From: Azolla caroliniana
Taxonomy: Eukaryota; Plantae; Polypodiophyta
Direction: 5' to 3'
Length of the DNA: 64,000 nt
NCBI GenBank assembly: GCA_043228905.1
Contig: JBHGNT010000014.1
Location: 12,648,001 to 12,712,000 of the forward strand
Shown: piece after piece, positions 62,397 through 64,000 of the stretch
How the letters are laid out: every line of letters starts with the position of its first letter
How positions within the stretch are numbered: the stretch's first letter is position 1
Position numbers and translations under genes: made by a program
Notes under the pieces: generated by a model
The model's database searches: none
What the model saw: only the letters and a program-made list of their open reading frames with translations
Told to the model about the DNA's origin: nothing

Positions 62397-64000
62397 TTAC
62401 GAGCCTTCTATTTAAAGTATAACCAACAAGAGCATATGTGCTCCTCCTACACATTGAACATGAGGTTTTTTGGAAGACACATATTGTTTCTGGGTGAGCA
62501 CCTCTATAACTCATCCATGACCATCGTATGATCCATCCATGGTATAAAAGGATAACATCAAGCGCAATATTGCTTGTAGTTTTTATCATATATCGATTTA
62601 ACTTTGACAAATGACCTCCCTCTATTTTTCACATATTTTAAGATAAATTTATGGAATGGGTAGCCATCTTTTTAAAACTATTTGATTAAAATGATTAAGA
62701 AAGAGATTAAAATAGATAAAATGATAAACTGGAACAATGAATAATATGGATAATGAATTTCGAATCATTGTAAGTATTTTATACTTGTATGATAGATCAA
62801 TTACAAATTTTGAAACTACAACTAAGAATGTAATATAAAAATTAGATTTGGACTAAACATAAATAAAGTGGAAGGCATTCATTAATAATCCTTGAACTAC
62901 AAGGGATCAAGTTGAGGTCACCCCTTATATGAGGGGCAATTTTGATCTTTCCCTTAAGTCGATGCATATAATAAATGAACCATGCATATATGTCTATGCA
63001 TGGCCCAAAGATGGGATCACTACTCTAGAAGTATCATCGGTAGGTCATGGGTATCACCCAACCATTTAAGAAAGATTTCAAAAGTTTGCCAAAATGGGTT
63101 CAAACCTCATCATTGCATGGTTGCCAAATAATATCCATGCACTATCACACCATGTTTATGACAACAAAAATTATTATTGATCTTTTCAATTCAAGGTGAA
63201 TAGTGGGTTTATTCTCTTCTTCTACCTAGCGTCTTAAATACTTTGATTATCTAATGTCTTATGCTACTTGAGAGATTGATGAAAAAGTGTTGACACAATA
63301 ATGGTTTCCATGGCATCGAATTTTACTACATTGATAGAATGATATGTTGCAAACTAGAGTAATGTGTGAGGAAATAAGGAGCAAAAACCTTGTTCTTGGA
63401 AGGACTAGGAGTTGTACTCATGATTGTTGGTTAAGGATTGATCATCCCCTACATTAGATTTTGATGCAAACTAATTATTATTTTCATGAGATTTGATGAA
63501 TAAATATAACTCTTTGCTTTTGAGAACTACCTCACGATGTTGATATTCGTCGTTCAGTACGATGACATGCTTGGCTTAATCAGACTCAAAGTTACACTTG
63601 CATTCTCACTCTAATGTTGGATATTTTAACTGCTTGCATGAGATGAGACAAGGAATCTTTGACTTTGTCCATACAAGTAACTAAATTGAAACAAATTGCC
63701 TGCTTTTCAAGTATTAATAAGTAGAGACCTATATTTGATAGTTCTCTCAAAGTGTGACCAAATTATGCTTTCATGAAGGAATATTCAACTTTTTTGAGAT
63801 TTATTTATTGTGTAACTCTTCATGTATATATTTAATTAGATGTACACTCTCTTTTTTCAAGTGCACTTGTAATACATAGATGTACATTCATTAAATTGTG
63901 AGGGCCTAATCCCAATTGTCTTTAAAGCTCGTTTTTCGCATGTTCGACTAAGATAAAGCTCTCCCATGTTCATTTTTCGAGGCATTCTTTATTAAAATGT

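Noticed and set aside
62402-64000. AT-rich region with hints of decayed coding sequence
   Set aside because: No ORF or motif I can assign. It needs a translated search against TE libraries.

Overview
Eukaryotic land-plant genomic DNA; the TE repertoire suggests a seed-free plant such as a fern (inference only). A three-gene island at about 27-42.4 kb lies between two nested retrotransposon blocks. The genes are a 5-exon ETO1/EOL1-like BTB-TPR gene (+), an intronless LYK4/LYK5-type LysM receptor pseudokinase (-) and a 4-exon VAR3/OZ-like RanBP2 zinc-finger gene (-). The left block (1-25.4 kb) is a decayed Ty3/gypsy element carrying nested Ty1/copia insertions of at least three families, several with exact 5-bp TSDs. 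The right block (42.7-64 kb) holds copia elements, a rearranged chromovirus, solo LTRs and two families of RTEX-like LINEs. The strongest signal is the LINEs: all five copies sit at (CT)n tracts in the same strand polarity, four end in CT-containing 4-mer tails and one directly in (TC)n, and they share a covarying 3' stem-loop. One copy has an intact ORF2 fused in frame to ORF1 across a single UAG. Also notable are a chromovirus LTR with a heat-shock-element array and a tRNA-like Pol III cassette, and copia families with a doubled PPT, a PPT-enclosing hairpin and a long Pol C-terminal extension. Coordinates were read by eye; no database searches were run.
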